Shown piece by piece: positions 60,501-64,000 of a stretch of DNA of 64,000 nucleotides. The notes beneath the pieces were generated by a model. It worked only from the letters and a program-made list of their open reading frames with translations. It made no database searches and was not told the origin of the DNA. The stretch covers positions 129,456,001 through 129,520,000 of the forward strand of contig OZ024743.1 of NCBI GenBank assembly GCA_964016885.1, written 5' to 3'. Position 1 is the first letter of the stretch. Every line of letters begins with the position of its first letter. The position numbers and the translations under genes were made by a program. Source of the DNA: Eledone cirrhosa (lineage: Eukaryota).

Positions 60501-63500
60501 CTCAGCACCAAACACCAAACACCAAGCACCAACCACCAAACACCAAACACCAAGCACCAAGCACCAAGCACCAAACACCAAACACCAAGCACCAAACACC
60601 AGAGACCAAGCACCAAACACCAAGCACCAAGCACCAAACACCAAACACCAAACAAGAAGCACCAGGTACCAAGCACCAAACACCAAAAACCAAGCACCAA
60701 GCACCAAACACCAAGCACCAAGCACCAAACGCCAAACACCAAGCACCAAGCACCAAGCACCAAACACCAAACACCAAACACCAAACAGCAAACACCAAAC
60801 ACCAAACAGCAAAAACCAAATACGAAACAGCAAAGACCATACAGCAAACACCAAACACCAAAAAGCAGACACCAAACAGCAAACACCAAGCACCAACCAC
60901 CAAACCTGAAGCACCAAACAACAAACACTAATCACCAAGCACCAAGCACCAAACACCAAGCACCAAGCACCAAACACCAAGCACCAAGCACCAAACACCA
61001 AACACCAAGAACCAAAGACCAAGCACCAAGCACCAACCACCCAGCACCAAGCACCAAGCACCAAGCACCAAACACCAAGCACCAAGCACCAAACACCAAC
61101 CACCCAGCACCAAGCACCAAGCACCAAGCACCAAACACCAAGCACCAAGCACCAAACACCAAACACCAAGAACCAAAGACCAAGCCCCAAGCACCAAGCA
61201 CCAAACAACAAGAACTAAGCACCAAGCACCAAACACCAAGCACCAAGCACCAAACTCCAACCACCCAGCACCAAGCACCAAGCACCAAACACCAAGCACC
61301 AAACACCAAACACCAAGCACCAAGCACCAAGCACCAAACACCAAGCCCCAAGCACCAAGCACCAAACACCAAACACCAAGCACCAAGCACCAAACACCAA
61401 GCACCAAGCACCAATCACAAAGAACGAAACAACAAGCAGCAAGCAGCAAGCACCAAACACCAAACACCAAGCACCAAACACCAAACACCAAGCACCAAAT
61501 ACGAAGTCCCACGCACCAAGCACCAAACACCAAACAGCAAGCACCAAGCACCAAACACCAAGCACCAAGCACCAAGCCCCTAGCACCAAACACTTAACAC
61601 CAAGCACCAAGCACCAAGCACAAGACACCAAACACCAAGCACCAATCACCAAACACCAAGCACCATGCACCAAACACCAAGCACCAGGCACCAAGCACCA
61701 AACACCAAGCACCAAGCACCAAACACCAAGCACCAAGACCGAAGCACCAAACACCAAGCACCAAACTCCATACACCAAACACCAAACACCAAGCACCAAG
61801 CACCAACCACCAAACACCAAGCACCAAACAACAAACACTAATCACCAAGCACCAAGCACCAAACACCAAGCACCAAGCACCAAGCACCAAACACCAAGCA
61901 CCAAGCACCAAACACCAAACACCAAGTACCAAAGACCAAGAACCAAGCACCAACCACCCAGCACCAAGCACCAAGCACCAAGCACCAAACACCAAGCACC
62001 AAGCACCAAACACCAACCACCCAGCACCAAGCACCAAGCACCAAACACCAAGCACCAAGCACCAAACACCAAACACCAAGAACCAAAGACCAAGCCCCAA
62101 GCACCAAGCACCAAACAACAAGCACTAAGCACCAAGCACCAAACACCAAGCACCAAGCACCAAACTCCAACCACCCAGCACCAAGCACCAAGCACCAAAC
62201 ACCAAGCACCAAACACCAAACACCAAACACCAAGCACCAAGCACCAAGCACCAAACACCAAGCCCCAAGCACCAAGCACCAAACACCAAACACCAAGCAC
62301 CAAGCACCAAACACCAAGCACCAAGCACCAATCACAAAGAACGAAACAACAAGCAGCAAGCAGCAAGCACCAAACACGAAACAACAAGCACCAAACACCA
62401 AGCACCAAGACCGAAGCACCAAACACCAAGCACCAAACTCCAAACACAAAACACCAAGCACCAAGCAGCAAGCACCAAACACCAAACACCAAGCACCAAG
62501 CACCAAACACCAAACACCAAGCACCAAGGACCAAACATCAAACACCAAGCACCAAGCACCAAACACCTAACACCAAGCAACAAGCACCAAACACCAAACC
62601 CCAAGCACCAATCACCAAACACTAATCACCAAGCACCAAACACCAAGCACCAAACACCAAGCACCAAGCACCAAACAGCAAGCACCAAACACCAAACACC
62701 AAACAGCAAACACCAAGCACCAAGCACCAAGCATCAAACACCAAGCACCAAGCACCAAACACCAAACCCCAAGCATCAAAGACCAAGCACCAAGCACCAA
62801 ACACCAAACACCAAGCACCAAGCACCAAGCACCAAACACCAAGCACCAAGCACCAAACACCCAGTACCAAGCACCAAGCACCAAATACCAAGCACCAAGC
62901 ACCAAACACCAAACACCAAACACCAAGCACCAAACACCAAACAGCAAGCACCAAACACCAAACACCAAACAGCAAACACCAAACAGCAAACACCAAACAC
63001 CAAACACCAAGCACCAAACACCAAGCACCAAACACCAAGCACCAGGCACCAAGCACCAAACACCAAGCACCATGCACCAAACACCAAGCACCAAGCACGA
63101 AGCACCAAACACCAAGCACCAAGCACCAAGCACCAAACACTTAACACCAAGCACCAAGCACCAAGCACCAAACACCAAACACCAAGCACCAAGCACCAAA
63201 CACCAAGCACCAAGCACCAAGCACCTAGCACCAAACACCAAACACCAAGCACCAAGCACCAAACGCCAAACACGAAGCACCAAGCACCAAGCACCAAACA
63301 CCAAACACCAAACACCAAACAGCAAACACCAATCAGCAAACACCATACAGCAAACACCAAACACCAAAAAACAGACACCCAACAGCAAACACCAAACACC
63401 AAACACCAAACACCAAACACCAAGCACCAAGCACCAAACACCAAGCACCAAGCACCAAACACCAAACACCAGGAACCAAAGACCAAGCACCAAGCACCAA

Positions 63501-64000
63501 GCACCAAACAACAAGCACCAAGCACCAAGCACCAAACACCAAGCATCAAGCACCAAGCACCAAACACCAAGCACCAAGCACCAAACACCAACCACCCAGC
63601 ACCAAGCACCAAGCACCAAACACCAAGCACCAAGCACCAATCACAAAGAACGAAACAACAAGCAGCAAGCAGCAAGCACCAAACACCAAACACCAAGCAC
63701 CAAACACCAAACACCAAGCACCAAGGACCCAACATCAAACACCAAGCACCAAGCACCAAACACCAAACACCGAGCACGAAGCACCAAGCACCAAGCACCG
63801 AACACCAAGCCCCAAACACCAAGCACCAAACACCAAGCACCAAACACCAAACACGAAGTCCCACGCACCAAGCACCAAACACCAAACAGCAAGCACCAAG
63901 CACCAAACACCAAGTACCAAGCACCAAGCCCCTAGCACCAAACACCAAACACCAAACACCAAGCACAAAACACCAAGCACCAATCACCAAGCACCAAACA
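54590..64000 (+). repeat. 5052-bp tandem duplication, apparently near-perfect; second copy truncated by the window end
   Basis: ORFs from 54605 to 58683 have identical twins 5052 bp downstream (59657 to 63735), except where cut by the window end. GGTACC occurs at 55613 and 60665. Confidence 0.95.
55870..57330 (+). repeat. ~910-917 bp internal doublet inside the 5052-bp unit (copy at ~60920-62380)
   Basis: CACTAAT lies at 55874/56784 and ORF ends at 56163/57073. The CACCAAC CACCCAG and CTCCAAC CACCCAG landmarks are repeated. Confidence 0.82.

Larger units (their letters stand above)
1..64000 (+). repeat. Heptameric simple satellite array (CACCAAR)n, roughly 9,100 units, extending beyond both window ends
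   Basis: CACCAAG/CACCAAA units run continuously from base 1 to 64000 in one orientation. Scattered substitution variants occur (CAGCAAR, CATCAAA, CACTAAT, CCCCAAG, CACGAAG, GACCAAR, CACAAAA and others) and only rare off-register units. The unit count is 64000/7. Confidence 0.99.

Noticed and set aside
3500-63150. Transcription-factor-like motifs in variants (CACTTAA NK-type, GGTACC palindrome)
   Set aside because: These are one or two substitutions from the consensus and were multiplied by duplication. There is no promoter or gene nearby, so they are not annotated as regulatory sites.
425-63935. Plus-strand mucin-like or antigen-like ORFs (TKHQAPS repeats; e.g. 3113-4534, 46886-48421, the 'MKTEAP...' copies)
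   Set aside because: The frames are open only because T is nearly absent. The 7-nt period is not codon-based, there is no signal peptide or non-repetitive domain, and variants show no codon-position bias.
158-63990. Hundreds of minus-strand ORFs encoding hydrophobic WCLVLGA/WCLVFGV repeats (up to 653 aa at 1431-3392)
   Set aside because: They overlap in all three frames with the same peptide, and their starts and stops are chance variants. There are no domains or unique termini, so this is translation of satellite DNA.
1-64000. CRISPR-like repeat/spacer or diversity-generating cassette system
   Set aside because: There are no unique spacers, no palindromic direct repeats and no cas, RT or recombinase genes. 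The 'spacers' are merely mutated heptamers.
1-64000. Canonical telomerase-synthesised telomere tract
   Set aside because: The motif is not a telomere repeat I recognise, and kb-scale duplication of many point variants is inconsistent with de novo template addition. A telomere-derived origin is kept only as a hypothesis.
1-64000. G-quadruplex or i-motif array
   Set aside because: The consensus has only GG/CC dinucleotides. Runs of 3-4 C occur only in isolated variants (CCCCAAG) too far apart for canonical G4.
1-64000. Similarity of minus-strand GCTTGGTG to the E. coli Chi site GCTGGTGG
   Set aside because: It is not an exact match, there is no bacterial context, and short-motif resemblance is expected by chance.
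1-64000. Pure sequencing noise or a randomly simulated repeat
   Set aside because: Variants are reproduced in ordered fashion across distant copies with hierarchical divergence, which random error would not produce. Local misassembly of individual duplications remains possible.

Overview
The entire 64 kb window is one uninterrupted, single-orientation tandem array of a 7-bp unit, CACCAAR (CACCAAG and CACCAAA interleaved; minus strand YTTGGTG). I find no genes, RNA genes, transposons, CRISPR arrays or unique sequence. All listed ORFs are artefacts: a nearly T-free heptamer repeat translates to the same period-7 peptide in every frame (TKHQ[A/T]P[S/N] on +, WCLV[L/F]G[A/V] on -). The informative structure is the variant pattern. 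Point-variant heptamers act as landmarks and reveal nested higher-order repeats (HORs) with offsets of about 0.45, 0.52, 0.9-1.0, 1.2, 1.7, 1.9, 2.2, 3.1, 3.6, 4.8, 5.05, 13.4, 15.7, 21.3 and 24.9 kb. They also show one block-scrambled copy, copies that most resemble non-adjacent donors, and regional variant domains. The array is best read as a eukaryote-type simple satellite (pericentromeric, subtelomeric or telomere-like) evolving by in-register unequal recombination and conversion. The host cannot be identified from the sequence. Offsets come from matching landmarks and identical ORF-track translations; block boundaries are approximate (tens of bp).
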